DNA of 64,000 nucleotides from Nitrospirota bacterium (GCA_963840455.1 CAWIYV010000013.1:32001-96000); one strand, 5' to 3'. Positions 40,646 through 51,700 are shown, numbered from the stretch's first letter. Notes: generated from the sequence alone by a model not told the origin. Translations and numbers: made by a program.

Positions 40646-41011
40646 ATGACCGAGATGGTTGCATACTGCGGCCTGACCTGCCAGACCTGTCCGATCTACC
40701 TGGCAACAAGGCAGGAGAACAAAGAGGAACGATTGCTCATGAGGACCGAGATCGTCCGGCTGTGCAAAGAGCTCTATGGCATGCCGTATGAATTGAAGGA
40801 CATCACGGACTGCGACGGCTGCCGGACAGAAGGCGGGAGATTGTTCTCAGGATGCACGACCTGTGCTGTGAGGAACTGCGCGGGGAAGAAAGGGCTTGAG
40901 AACTGCGCCTATTGCCCTGACTATGCCTGCAAGGAGCTCCTGGCGTTCTTCGGGAAGGACCCGGGTGCGAAGACACGTTTGGACCAGATACGACAAGCGC
41001 GTCAGAGTTAG
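40646..41011 (+). CDS. DUF3795 Cys-rich protein
   Basis: AYCGLTCQTCP, CDGC, C.VRNC, NCAYCPDYAC. Confidence 0.85.
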   Translation: MTEMVAYCGLTCQTCPIYLATRQENKEERLLMRTEIVRLCKELYGMPYELKDITDCDGCRTEGGRLFSGCTTCAVRNCAGKKGLENCAYCPDYACKELLAFFGKDPGAKTRLDQIRQARQS

Positions 41012-41055
41012 ATGGCATTCGGTAATGATCGAGCTGCCAGCGAAGGTGTGATCAC

Positions 41056-41766
41056 ATGCCCATGACTGTACAGAAGATCCAACAACGATTACGCCGGTTC
41101 GCGAGCGCAGAGAAGGCCGCGTTGCTCCAGCGGTTCTTCAAGACCGGGCCGGGGCAGTACGGCGAAGGGGACCGGTTCCTCGGCGTCATGGTGCCGAACA
41201 TCAGGCTGGTGGTGAAGGAGTTCCGGGACGCGCCGCTTCCCGAGGTGGAGAAGCTCATGCGCTCTGCCTGGCACGAGGAACGGGTGCTGGCGCTCCTGAT
41301 CCTGGTGGACCAGTTCGAGAGGGGCGATGATGCGCTTCGCAAGAAGATCTATCAGCTCTACTTAAAGAACACCCGCTATATCAATAACTGGGACCTCGTG
41401 GACCTCTCGGCGCCGAAGATCGTTGGGCCCTACCTGGACGGCGGCTCCCGCGTGCTGCTCTACCGCTTTGTCAGGTCAAAGAACCTCTGGGAGCGGCGCA
41501 TCGCCATCCTCGCGACCTTCCCGTATATCCGGAATGCTGACTTCGTCGATGCCTTGTCGATTGCCGAGAAGCTGCTGGCCGACGATGAGGACCTGATGCA
41601 CAAGGCCGTTGGCTGGATGCTGCGTGAGGTGGGGAAGAAAGACGTTGCTGTCCTCGAAAGCTTCCTCAAGAAGCACCATCGGAAGATGCCGCGCACTGCG
41701 CTCCGCTACGCCATCGAGCGGTTCCCGGAAACAAAGCGGAAGAGATACTTGAACGGAATCTTTTAG
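41056..41766 (+). CDS. DNA alkylation repair protein (AlkD-like)
   Basis: FFKTGPGQYGEGD, NNWDLVD, WERR, KAVGWMLRE, LRYAIE. Confidence 0.88.
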   Translation: MPMTVQKIQQRLRRFASAEKAALLQRFFKTGPGQYGEGDRFLGVMVPNIRLVVKEFRDAPLPEVEKLMRSAWHEERVLALLILVDQFERGDDALRKKIYQLYLKNTRYINNWDLVDLSAPKIVGPYLDGGSRVLLYRFVRSKNLWERRIAILATFPYIRNADFVDALSIAEKLLADDEDLMHKAVGWMLREVGKKDVAVLESFLKKHHRKMPRTALRYAIERFPETKRKRYLNGIF

Positions 41767-41831
41767 CCACGGATGAACAGGTCTGCACACGGACGGAACA
41801 ACAAACAACAACAAACCTCAAACTTTATCTC

Positions 41832-41929
41832 ACCGCAGAGGGCGCAGAGCGCGCTGAGAAAAGAAGAAGCAATGAAGACATTTTTCCCCCGTCAATGCCT
41901 TTCTCTGCGGTCTCAGCGTTCTCTGCGGT
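41832..41929. repeat. 9-nt-periodic inverted repeat
   Basis: ACCGCAGAG GGCGCAGAG CGCGCTGAG / CTCTGCGGT CTCAGCGTT CTCTGCGGT. Confidence 0.8.
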
Positions 41930-41983
41930 AAAAGTTTAGTGCTGTTGGATTATTCGATGTTGCATCATAGCAGAAGAGGTCTC

Positions 41984-42460
41984 ATGATCATCTCCATCAT
42001 CGCAGCAATGGACGAGAACCACGTCATCGGCCGGGGCAACAGGCTCCCCTGGCATTTACCCGTTGACTTGCGGCGGTTTCGCATGCTTACCCTGGGCCAC
42101 CCGATCATCATGGGGCGAAAGACCTACGAGAGCATCGGCAAACCGCTGGACGGCAGGAAGAACATCGTGATCACTCGCCAGGCCGGGTATCATGTGAAAG
42201 GCTGCATCGTTGTGCATGACCTTCCGTCGGCCTTTGAGGCATGCGGAGATGTGGAAGAGGCCTTTGTGCTGGGCGGAGAGAAATTGTTCCGCGATATATT
42301 GCCCATTGCGGACAAGGTCTATCTGACGGTCGTGAAGACGCGGGTCGAGGGCGATGCCCTGTTTCCTGCTATCCCCGACGATCTCGAACTGGTGTCGCGC
42401 CAGGAAGCGCAGGATGTGTTCCCGCTAGAGTTTCGGCTGTATGAGCGGAGGAAAGATTGA
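41984..42460 (+). CDS. folA: dihydrofolate reductase
   Basis: IG..NRLPW, IMGRKTYESI, PL.GR.NIV, GG, GDALFP. Confidence 0.93.
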   Translation: MIISIIAAMDENHVIGRGNRLPWHLPVDLRRFRMLTLGHPIIMGRKTYESIGKPLDGRKNIVITRQAGYHVKGCIVVHDLPSAFEACGDVEEAFVLGGEKLFRDILPIADKVYLTVVKTRVEGDALFPAIPDDLELVSRQEAQDVFPLEFRLYERRKD

Positions 42461-42804
42461 GGTAAGAGCACTGGTGTAAATGAAGAATCACCTCTTCATG
42501 TGATCACATAGTATCGATTGTATAATGTATTTTATGATATAGTTCTTGAACAATAACTTCTTCCTGTAGTCGTTGAAGTTTCCATTCACTGCAATATTCA
42601 ATGTTTCATGCAGTAATTGTTAATCCCTCAACTACCAGTCCTCTAACAGTGCTCCAGTGACTACCAAAGCCTGGGATAGACTCTTCGTATACGAGGTAAG
42701 ACTTTCCATTATCCTCTTCATATTTTCTCAAATGCAATATCTTGTATAGTTGCAGGCCATGGAAATTGACGACTCCATATATATGTGATTTAATTTAACT
42801 AGCC

Positions 42805-42917
42805 CGACAAAGCCAAGTCTCTCGCGAGAGGGATACGGAAAGCGGCGGATCTTAGAAGATCAAGATGGCCGAGCTGCCGAAGGATAATCCTTTGGTATGC
42901 TCGGCCATTTACTTTTT
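42805..42917 (+). ncRNA. c-di-GMP-I (GEMM-I) riboswitch with overlapping terminator
   Basis: CGACAAAGCC..P2 with GCGA loop..ACGGAAAG..P3..GCTGCCGA; terminator GCCGAGC.../...GCTCGGC plus T-rich tail. Confidence 0.85.
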
Positions 42918-42997
42918 AAGAAGAGTTGTGGGTCAACCATCACTGGTGTTATGAATGATCATTGTGGTGCATCTCCGGAGCTAAAAGGAGGTCAAAA

Positions 42998-43240
42998 ATG
43001 ACTATCCATGATGAAGTCGCAGTTGTTGCTTATGATCTGTTTGAAGCGAGAGGCCGTATCCCCGTTCGAGATTTTGATGATTGGCTCGATGCCGAACGGA
43101 TCGTATTAGCCAGGCACGCCGGGCAGGACTTAGAGGAACCCGAAGAGGAAGACGGTCCGGAGGAAACGGCTGAGGTGAAGACAACAAAAGCATCTGAAGA
43201 GTCTGATGCCGAGGAAAACCAAGAGGCCTCTTTCGACTGA
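42998..43240 (+). CDS. DUF2934-like protein with acidic tail
   Basis: AAGGAGG RBS; AYDLFEARG...DW.DAE. Confidence 0.75.
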   Translation: MTIHDEVAVVAYDLFEARGRIPVRDFDDWLDAERIVLARHAGQDLEEPEEEDGPEETAEVKTTKASEESDAEENQEASFD

Positions 43241-43355
43241 TCGTACCGGCTCTCGGGACTTTTGATGGCCATGGCTTAATATGTTTTTGTTTGAATGATG
43301 GCGATGGAGTTCGCCTATCACGTGGGCCCACATCCGTTGTAAAGGAGGTGGAGCC

Positions 43356-43505
43356 ATGTCACATACGTGGGAATTAAGAGAGGGAAAGGTGATGGTGGTC
43401 GAGGATGCCAACACTGCGTCGCTCGTTGTGGTTGCCAGGGATCTGAAGGACCGGAACGACAAGATCGCAGTGCTGGAAGAGATCATTCGCAAACTCCGGA
43501 CCTAA
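43356..43505 (+). CDS. 49-aa small protein (below ORF-track cutoff)
   Basis: AAAGGAGGT RBS; MSHTWELREGKVMVVEDANTASLVVVARDLKDRNDKIAVLEEIIRKLRT. Confidence 0.6.
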   Translation: MSHTWELREGKVMVVEDANTASLVVVARDLKDRNDKIAVLEEIIRKLRT

Positions 43506-43679
43506 TCGTGAGGGTCCTCTTCGGGTTGGCCCTGACAATCGCTTCAACGAGGCGTGCAGGAATCCTCGGCTATCATGAAACCCTAAGGCGCTTTACTATC
43601 AGTGCTTTCTCTTGCTTTTTGCTATGCTTTGATTAGCCATTAAGTAATCATTTTTCAGTATTTGCGAATTGATGGCTCC

Positions 43680-43790
43680 CGACAAAGCTAAACCCATCGC
43701 GAGATGGTGACGGAAAGCGACGGGTCTTACAAGTCTAAGATGGCCGAGCTGCCGAAGGATGATGCTTTCGGTATGCTCGGCTTCTTTTAT
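43680..43790 (+). ncRNA. c-di-GMP-I (GEMM-I) riboswitch with overlapping terminator
   Basis: CGACAAAGCTAAACCCATC-GCGA-GATGGTGACGGAAAG...GCTGCCGA; terminator ...GCTCGGC-TTCTTTT. Confidence 0.88.
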
Positions 43791-43857
43791 TATGATATGA
43801 GGGATGGCGAAAAAAAATAAGTTTGTAGTTATCTCACACGAAAAGGAGGTACAAGCC

Positions 43858-44499
43858 ATGTGTAGGAAAGAGCTATTTGTTATTGGTGCAGCAATCGTGA
43901 TAGTAACAGCTGTAATGATGTTCTTTCCAGTGACGGGAACCGCAGACAGTACAGGCCCACCCACTCCGCCCATACTGAACGAGGTCCTCAATAAACTGGA
44001 CAACATCCAAGGCCAACTGGACAACATCCCTCCGGCATGGAGTCAGAAACTTCAGTGCGATGCAACAGCATGTCCCAGGTTTGACCTGGTTATGGATGGA
44101 ACAGCCGTGCTTGACCATGAAACAGGCCTTGTGTGGCAAAAGGTGGTGAATAATGCTCTATGGACGTGGGCAGGCGCTATTAATCAGTGTAACTATATAA
44201 ATACCGGTGAACGGTGGGGATGGCACCTCCCGACAGTAGAGCAATTAGAGAGTCTCATAGCTCGTAGGCCAGCGGGAGTGGCACCGAAACTGCCAGAGGG
44301 ACATCCGTTTATTGATGTATTGATTGACACACACTACTGGACAGCTACTACGTACACAGGTCTTCCAGGGGAAGCCTATGTATTGTCTTTTGGCGCAGGC
44401 CCAATCTTAGACAGATTACAAGGACTGGACAAGGGAGCATTGAGACCCGGATGGTGTGTGCGAGGGGGACAATTCCTCAAGCATGATCAGTATCAGTGA
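43858..44499 (+). CDS. DUF1566 (Lcl C-terminal) domain secreted protein
   Basis: AVLDHETGLVWQ, W..A..C, WHLPTVEQLESL, YWTAT, WCVR; AT-richer than neighbours. Confidence 0.85.
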   Translation: MCRKELFVIGAAIVIVTAVMMFFPVTGTADSTGPPTPPILNEVLNKLDNIQGQLDNIPPAWSQKLQCDATACPRFDLVMDGTAVLDHETGLVWQKVVNNALWTWAGAINQCNYINTGERWGWHLPTVEQLESLIARRPAGVAPKLPEGHPFIDVLIDTHYWTATTYTGLPGEAYVLSFGAGPILDRLQGLDKGALRPGWCVRGGQFLKHDQYQ

Positions 44500-44689
44500 T
44501 TTTATTCGATTTATTTAATGCTTTGTCTTCGGGGATGCAGAGGGGAACCGAAAGGCTCCTCCACTGTTTCAACCGGTATTCTGCACCTCCAGTTTGACGA
44601 CTGCCGTTGCAAGCTTGTAGGTGAAGGTGAGGATATCTTGACAGGTGGTACAGTACCAAGAAACTGGTTGAAGTGCGTACCACTTAACA

Positions 44690-44727
44690 AATAAACCCCG
44701 GCTGGGTAATAGAGCCGGGGTTTATTA
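44690..44727. terminator. bidirectional intrinsic terminator
   Basis: AAACCCCGGCT...AGCCGGGGTTT between convergent genes. Confidence 0.75.
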
Positions 44728-44759
44728 TTCAGTCCTCTGTTTACCGCTTCTCGGAAGTA

Positions 44760-45260
44760 CTACTGTTTCGGTTGTTCTGCGGGTACAGCCGGCGCAGCTG
44801 GTGCTACCGGTGACGTCGGAGCCGCAGGCGGGATGGCGAGGGTTCCAGCAGGCGCCGCTGCAGCGGGCGTCACCGCGCCGCCCTGCTGGGCAGCGGGACC
44901 GGGCAGGGGCTCGGTGGGCTTGAACTTGTTCGGCGAGAAGTTGGGATTGATCTCATAGGCCCGGTCGAAGAACTCGGCGGAGCGCTGCCTGGCATCCTCA
45001 TCGCCTGCCCTGCCTTTCAGGTAACAGGCATAACCCGCATAGTACAGCGCTTCCGCCTCGATATCGGGAGACATGGCGGCTGCCTCCTCGAACGCCTCGA
45101 CGGCAGCGTCGTATTTTTTCTGTTTGACCAGTGAGAGCCCCTTTTCGACACTGGCAGTGGCGCCCTTCGTGTCAAAGAGCTCTTCTTCGGCAGCATAGGC
45201 GGCAGGAGCGGCGATGGACAGCAGCATGAGGACAAGAACTGACGAGATAATTCCCCGCAT
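44760..45260 (-). CDS. secreted TPR protein with Pro/Ala-rich tail
   Basis: Signal peptide AYA|A; TPR-like helices. Confidence 0.78.
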   Translation of the reverse strand: MRGIISSVLVLMLLSIAAPAAYAAEEELFDTKGATASVEKGLSLVKQKKYDAAVEAFEEAAAMSPDIEAEALYYAGYACYLKGRAGDEDARQRSAEFFDRAYEINPNFSPNKFKPTEPLPGPAAQQGGAVTPAAAAPAGTLAIPPAAPTSPVAPAAPAVPAEQPKQ

Positions 45261-45361
45261 AGAGGCCTCCCTCAAGTGAATTGATGCAGTAACATTATCA
45301 TGCCTTGGATATCCCTGTCAATGCCTCTCCCCGGTCAATTTTGTTGAGCGCCGCTTGCGTG

Positions 45362-45535
45362 CGACAGAATTGTCGATTGCGGAATCGGCCTTATCCTTCT
45401 GAAAAACCACGATAAGCGACGACCAACCGGTGCAACCGCCCGACAATAGTGTCGTATCCCTATTCTGTCCTTTCGCACTCTGCGCATGTAACGCCATATA
45501 AAATCAAGGTTTTGTAATATGGCATGACAGTTGTA
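45362..45535 (+). promoter_or_regulatory. putative sigma54 promoter with IHF site and two palindromic enhancer sites
   Basis: CGACA-N4-TGTCG at 45362 and 45441; AATCAA-N4-TTG at 45502; TGGCAT-N5-TTGT at 45520. Confidence 0.6.
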
Positions 45536-45611
45536 ATAGGAATGGTCAAGAAGCCGGACGGGATCATCGTTCGAGCCTCAGATCATAAATGAATATTGCA
45601 AGGAGGTTGCC

Positions 45612-45950
45612 ATGTTCTTTCAATCACAGGGATTTGATAACATAACGCCGGACGGTCTCCAGGAAAAAATGGAGAAGGGAGACGATTTCCTTCTGCTCGA
45701 CGTCAGGAGCCCGGGAGAATACGCGACAGACGCCATCGAAGGGTCCCGTCTCCTGCCGGTGCAGGAGCTTTCCTTCCGTGTCCGGGAACTCCCCCGCGAC
45801 AAGGAGATCATCGTGTACTGCAGGGTCGGGAACCGGAGCGCCTTCGCGGCGTCCTATCTCAGCCGGCTGGGATACACGGTGAAGAACCTGGAAGGCGGGA
45901 TCCTCGCCTGGAACATGGCGCAGGAAAACGCATTCGCGGCAGTGTCATAA
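45612..45950 (+). CDS. single-domain rhodanese (sulfurtransferase)
   Basis: LLDVR, YCRVGNRS, NLEGGILAW. Confidence 0.9.
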   Translation: MFFQSQGFDNITPDGLQEKMEKGDDFLLLDVRSPGEYATDAIEGSRLLPVQELSFRVRELPRDKEIIVYCRVGNRSAFAASYLSRLGYTVKNLEGGILAWNMAQENAFAAVS

Positions 45951-45973
45951 CGACGCAGGGAGCGGATAACACT

Positions 45974-47305
45974 ATGAAGACCATTCTTCTCTATGGAGGC
46001 CTGATTCTCCTCCTGCTCCTTGCCGTGGCGATGACCGCCTACGCAGAGGAAACGATCACCCTGGAGCAGGCCGTTGAAACGGCGCTCAAGAACAATCCAG
46101 GTCTTAAGGCTGCCGACGCCCAGGTGGAGGCGGCGCAGGCCGGCATAACCCGGTCGCGTTCTGGATTCCTGCCGAAGGTGAACCTTTCGGAGACGTGGAG
46201 CAAGACCGACAATCCCCTGATGGTCCTCGGCACCAAGCTGAACCAGGAGATCGTTACGCCGGCGGACTTCAACCCGACGGTGATGAACAATCCCGAGCCA
46301 GCATCGAACTACAACACACGGCTTTCGGTCATGCAGCCGGTGTTCAACGGCGGCAAGGAATACCTCGGCGTGACGCAGGCGCGCCTTGCCAACGAGGCAG
46401 CGCAGCAGGACCGGAACCGGACGCGGCAGGAGACGGTGTTCAACGTCGTCAAGGCATACTACGGCCTGCTGCTCGCGAAGGAGTACAACAAGGTGGCGCA
46501 GCAGTCCCTTGAGACGAGCGCGGCGAACGTGAAGCTGGCCGAAGCGCGGTTCAAGGCAGGCGCGGTGCTCCAGTCGGACCTGCTCCGCGCCAAGGTGCAG
46601 CTCGCCGAGGTGAAGGAGATGGCGACCCGCGCAGGGAATAGCGTGAAGCTCGCCGCCGCGAACCTGAACTATGCCATGGGCGTGTCGCAGGGGTCAGTAT
46701 ACGACGTCACCGGGACGCTTTCGGTCCAGGAAGTGAACGAAGACCTGGATGGTATGATCAGTGAAGCGCTTTCCCTGCGGCCGGACCTCGTATCCCTGGA
46801 CCGCAACCGGAGGAACGCCGAGGCGAACGTCAAACAGGCGCGTACTGACTATATCCCGAGCCTGAACCTGATGGGCCAGGTGGATTGGAACAGCGACCGG
46901 CCTGCTGGGAACGACGCAAAGAGCTGGGCCGTGATGGCAGTGCTGCAGTGGAACCTCTTCGACGGCCTGGTGACCACGTCGCGGGTCCGCGAGGCCTCGG
47001 CTGCGGCCGGCAAAGTGAAGGCGCTGGAGGAGCAGATGCGGTCGGGTGTCCAGCTCCAGGTGCGGCAGGCCTATTACAACCTTGCTGCTTCGCAGGAGCG
47101 GATCGCGGCCACGTCGTCCTCGGTGCAGGAGGCGGAAGAGGGATTGAGGATCGTACAGAAGCGGTACGAGGTCGGCATGACAACCTTCGTCGACGTGCTC
47201 GGCGCGGAGAACGCGCTGATCCGGTCAAGGACCAACGCGCTCCAGGCATTGTACGACAACAACGTCGCCCAGGCCGAACTGAAGCTGGCGGCGGGCATCT
47301 TGTGA
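45974..47305 (+). CDS. TolC family outer membrane protein
   Basis: Signal peptide, ALKNNP, QPVFNGG, WNLFDG, two OEP repeats. Confidence 0.9.
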   Translation: MKTILLYGGLILLLLLAVAMTAYAEETITLEQAVETALKNNPGLKAADAQVEAAQAGITRSRSGFLPKVNLSETWSKTDNPLMVLGTKLNQEIVTPADFNPTVMNNPEPASNYNTRLSVMQPVFNGGKEYLGVTQARLANEAAQQDRNRTRQETVFNVVKAYYGLLLAKEYNKVAQQSLETSAANVKLAEARFKAGAVLQSDLLRAKVQLAEVKEMATRAGNSVKLAAANLNYAMGVSQGSVYDVTGTLSVQEVNEDLDGMISEALSLRPDLVSLDRNRRNAEANVKQARTDYIPSLNLMGQVDWNSDRPAGNDAKSWAVMAVLQWNLFDGLVTTSRVREASAAAGKVKALEEQMRSGVQLQVRQAYYNLAASQERIAATSSSVQEAEEGLRIVQKRYEVGMTTFVDVLGAENALIRSRTNALQALYDNNVAQAELKLAAGIL

Positions 47306-47357
47306 TAGAATTTAAGAAGAACAGAGCAGCGTCTTACGAGACAAGGGAGAACCAGTC

Positions 47358-48455
47358 ATGATCAATCTCCATACCATCGAAAACAAGTTCAAAGAACTCG
47401 ATAAAAAAGTGCTTTTCGCAGGGATCGCCGTCATTGCGCTCGCGGTGATCGCGGGCATCAGTTACCGGATCCTCGGGAGGCAGGGCGGCCCTGCCGGAGC
47501 GCCGGCATCCGGGGAATCCATCGCGGTCCCGGTCGTCATGGTCGAGCCGCGCAATATCGAATCCGTGGTGACCGCGGCCGGGGCGCTGAGTTCGAAGAAC
47601 TCTTCGGTGCTCTCGGGCAAGGTTATGGGCAGGGTGGTCGCGCTCAACGTCCACGAGGGGGACCAGGTGGCCGAAGGCAGGCTCCTGATGAAGATCGACA
47701 GCGGCGAGATCACGGCCCAGGCGATCCAGGCCCAGGCAGCGTACAACAATGCGAAGCTCCAGTATGACCGCATCAAGAGCCTCTACGACGCGACGGCATC
47801 GACCCAGATGGAGATGGACCATGCAACCCTCGGCCTCGAGACGGCACAGGCGGGTCTCCGGGCGGCGAAGGCCATGGAAAGCTACACGATCATCACGGCG
47901 CCCATTGCGGGGCAGATCGTGGAAAAGAAGATCAACCTGGGCGAAATGGCCATGCCCGGCCAGCCCCTCATCAAGATCGAGGACAACAGGAACCTGAGGC
48001 TTGAAGTAACGGTGCGGGAACAGGACATACTCCAGATCCGGCCCGGAGCGGCCGTCAAGGTGCAGATCGACGCCATGCCCGGCAAGGACATCGCCGGCAC
48101 GGTGTCGCAGGTCGTTCCCGCGTCCGATATACGGACCCATTCGTTCATTGTAAAGATCGACATCCCCGCCGACAAGGGGCTCATCACCGGCATGTACGGC
48201 AAGGCATTCTTCACGCTCGGCAAGCACGAGGCTATCGTGGTGCCGAAGACGGCGGTGGTGGAGATGTCCGGCATCACCGGCGTGTACATCCTTTCCGGCG
48301 CCGAGACCGCCCTGTTCCAGATGGTCCAGCTTGGCGCCGATCACGGTGACCAGGTCGAGGTGGTGACGGGCCTGAAGAAGGGCGATAAGGTCGTCGCGGA
48401 CCAGAGGAGCGGACGGCTGGATGGAAAAAAGGTCGTACCGGCGAAGAACATCTGA
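47358..48455 (+). CDS. RND periplasmic adaptor subunit
   Basis: TM anchor, VHEGDQV, ITAPIAG, GMYG, GLKKGD. Confidence 0.9.
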   Translation: MINLHTIENKFKELDKKVLFAGIAVIALAVIAGISYRILGRQGGPAGAPASGESIAVPVVMVEPRNIESVVTAAGALSSKNSSVLSGKVMGRVVALNVHEGDQVAEGRLLMKIDSGEITAQAIQAQAAYNNAKLQYDRIKSLYDATASTQMEMDHATLGLETAQAGLRAAKAMESYTIITAPIAGQIVEKKINLGEMAMPGQPLIKIEDNRNLRLEVTVREQDILQIRPGAAVKVQIDAMPGKDIAGTVSQVVPASDIRTHSFIVKIDIPADKGLITGMYGKAFFTLGKHEAIVVPKTAVVEMSGITGVYILSGAETALFQMVQLGADHGDQVEVVTGLKKGDKVVADQRSGRLDGKKVVPAKNI

Positions 48456-48758
48456 CACGGGGACGGGGGGAGAGGCAGAACCGACAGGTCGACGCGGAGA
48501 CAAGGGGACAAGGGGAGAGGTGCAGACACGGAGACACGGAGACGCGGAAACGTGGTGAAAAGGCGATAAGGAGACAAGCGGATATAACAATTCCCCGCTC
48601 ATCTTTTTAGTTTTCCGGCAAAAAATTAACGCGAAGCCGCAAGGCACGCGAAAGAGGACAAAAAGAGACGATTGCTTTAATAAGACAATCATGACTTTCT
48701 TCGCGACCTTCGCGCCTTGGCGGTTCCAAGGTTTTGATCCCGGTTTGTCCGGGTTAGG
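48454..48758. repeat. composite junction: 8-nt GACRCGGN tract, 9-nt-periodic inverted repeat, CCCGGTTTGTCCGGG hairpin
   Basis: GACACGGA/GACGCGGA units 48454-48555; ACGCGAAG CCGCAAGG CACGCGAAAG / CTTCGCGAC CTTCGCGCC TTGGCGGTT 48629-48725. Confidence 0.65.
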
Positions 48759-48766
48759 ATACTACA

Positions 48767-51700
48767 ATGAAACTCAACATCAGCGGCAAGATAACCCAAT
48801 ACTTCATCAACTCCCAGCTCACGGTCCTGCTCATGGCGGCCACGGCGATGCTGGGGCTGTTCGCGCTCGTGTTCACGCCGCGCGAGGAGAACCCCCAGAT
48901 CGTGGTCCCCGCAGCGAACGTGATGGTCATGATGCCGGGCGCGCGGGCCCAGGAAGTGGAGGAGCTGGTCAGCAAGCGCCTTGAGTCAAAGCTCTGGGAG
49001 ATCCCCGGCGTGGAGGATGTGTATTCCGTTTCCATGAACTCCCTGGCCGTGGTGACGGTAAAGTTCTTCGTGGGGCAGGACAAGGAACGCTCCATGGTGA
49101 AGCTCTACGACAAGATGATGTCCAACATGGATTTCGCTCCTCCCGGCGCGTCCCAGCCGCTGGTAAAGCCCATCGACGTGGACGACGTTCCGATCGTTGC
49201 CGTGACGTTCTCGCCCGCGCCGGGGGCCGCCTATGACGACGCACAGCTCCGGCTCGTGGCGGACCACGTGCTCGATGAGCTCCGGAAGGTGCCGGGTGTG
49301 GGCACGACCACGGTCATCGGCGGCCGGAGCAGGCAGGTGCGCGTCACGCTCGACCCGATGCGCATCGCGGGCTACGGCCTCTCCCCGCTCCAGATCGCCC
49401 AGGCGATCAACGTTTCCAACGCGAACCTCATGTCCGGCGAACTTGAACAGGGGGACCGGAAGCTCTCGCTCGAGACGGGCGGGTTCTTTACCACGGCGGC
49501 CGATGTAAAGAACGCCGTGGTTGGCGTCGCGAACGGCAAGCCCGTATACCTGGGCGACGTCGCGGACATTACCGACGGGTTCGAGGAGACGTCGAAGCTG
49601 ACCCGGATCGCCTTCGGGGCCGGTCATGAGCACAAGAACGGGCACGGGTCGGTTCAGGCGCTCCCTGCGCAGGCCGGCGAACGTCCTGCCGTGACCATTG
49701 CGCTGGCGAAGCGCCAGAAGCTGAACGCCGTGAAGATATCGGACCAGATCCTGGCAAAGCTTGAAGAGCTCAAGAAGTCCGAGGTCCCGCCGGGCATCGA
49801 TCTGACCGTTACCCGGAACGATGGAAAGACCGCCAACGACGCAGTGAACGAACTGGTCTTCCATCTCGCGGTCTCGATCATCGTGGTCATCATCCTGCTC
49901 TATTTCGCCCTCGGCTGGCGCGAGGCGGCCATCGTGGCGCTGGCCATCCCGCTCACGCTGTTCATCACCCTTGCGATCGGCATGTTGTTTGGCCAGACGA
50001 TCAACCGGATCACGCTGTTCGCGCTCATCCTTTCCCTGGGCCTGCTGGTGGACGACGCCATCGTGGTGGTGGAGAACATCCACCGGCATTACCAGCTGGA
50101 GCAGCACTCGCGGCTTCAGGGTGCCATCCTGGCCGTGAACGAGATCGGCATGCCCACGATCCTGGCGACCGTCACCGTGGTGCTGGCATTCATGCCCATG
50201 GCCTTTGTGACCGGCATGATGGGCTCCTACATGAAGCCGATACCGTTCAATGTGCCCGTGGCGATGGTCACTTCGCTCTTTGTTGCGTTCATCGTGACGC
50301 CCTGGGCCAGCTACCGGCTGATGAAGGGTGAAGACCATGGGGGGCATAGCCAGCCGCCGGAAGAAACGAAGATATACAAGGCCTATAAGAAGGTGCTCGG
50401 CCCGCTCCTCGAGAGCACCGGCAAGCGCAAGGTGTTCATGAGCATCATCATCGGCGTGTTCCTTGTCACGATGACCTTTCCGGCGGTGCAGTGGGTGAAG
50501 TTCCGCATGCTGCCCAAGGCGAACAAGAACACCTTCCTGGTCTCCATCGACATGCCCGCGGGCACGGCACTGGAGAACACGGACCGCGTGGCCCGCGCCG
50601 TGGGGGACTATCTCCGCCGTATCCCCGAGGTCAAGGATTATGAGTCCTTTGTCGGTACGGGGTCGGTGATAGATTTCAACGGCCTGCTCCGGGGCGGCGC
50701 GTTCCGCGAGGCGAGCCACTTTGCCGATATCCGGGTGAACCTGACCGATAAGGAAGAGCGGTCCCGCTCGAGCGAGAAACTGGTGCTCGCGATACGGCCG
50801 GACCTCGACAAGCTCGCGAAAGAACAAGGCGCGAACATCAAGCTCGTGGAGGACCCCCCGGGACCTCCGGTCCGCGCCACGGTGGTTGCCGAGATCACGG
50901 GCCCTGACTACAACAAGCAGCGGGAGATCGCCGGCGACATACGTGCGCTCTTCGCGAAGACCGCCGAGGTCGTGGACATCGACGACAGCGTGAAGGAGAA
51001 ACAGGAAAAGTACCAGCTGGTCGTGGACAAGGAGAAGGCCGCCCTTTCGGGCATCTCAACGGAACAGATCGTCCAGACGATGCGCATGTCCGTGGCGGGC
51101 ATGGCGGTCTCGACTCTGCACAAACCCGAGGCAAAGAACCCCATTGCCATCTTCCTGCGGCTCCCCAAGGGGGAGCGAGCGGGGCTGTCTGACCTTGACA
51201 AGGTGTTCGTGTCCGGACCGCAGGGGAACCAGGTCCCGTTGTCTTCCCTGGTGAAGGTGGTGCCGTCGGAGATGGACAAGGCTGTCTACCACAAGAACCT
51301 CGAACCCGTGACCTATGTGTACGGTGAAATGGGGGACCGCAGCCAGGTCTACGCCGTGATCGACATGATGAAGCATCTCTGGAAGCACCCCCTGCCGGAA
51401 GGATACAAGATCAAGTGGGACGGCGAGATGAAGCTCACGCTCGATGTCTTCCGCGACCTGGGCGCGGCCATGGGCGTGGCGCTCATCGCCATCTACCTCC
51501 TGCTGGTCGGCAGGTTCCGGTCCTTCACGATCCCCGTGGTCATCATGGCTGCCATCCCGCTCTCGATGATCGGGATCATGCCGGGTTTCGCGCTCACGGG
51601 AGTGTACTTCAGCGCGACATCCATGATCGGGGTGATCGCCCTGGCGGGCATCGTGGTGCGGAACTCCATCGTGCTGCTGGAGTTCATCCTGGACAAGAAG

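Noticed and set aside
24938-50827. Long antisense ORFs (e.g. 24938-26695, 32280-34157, 48986-50827)
   Set aside because: Shadow frames of real genes caused by high GC3; no recognisable motifs
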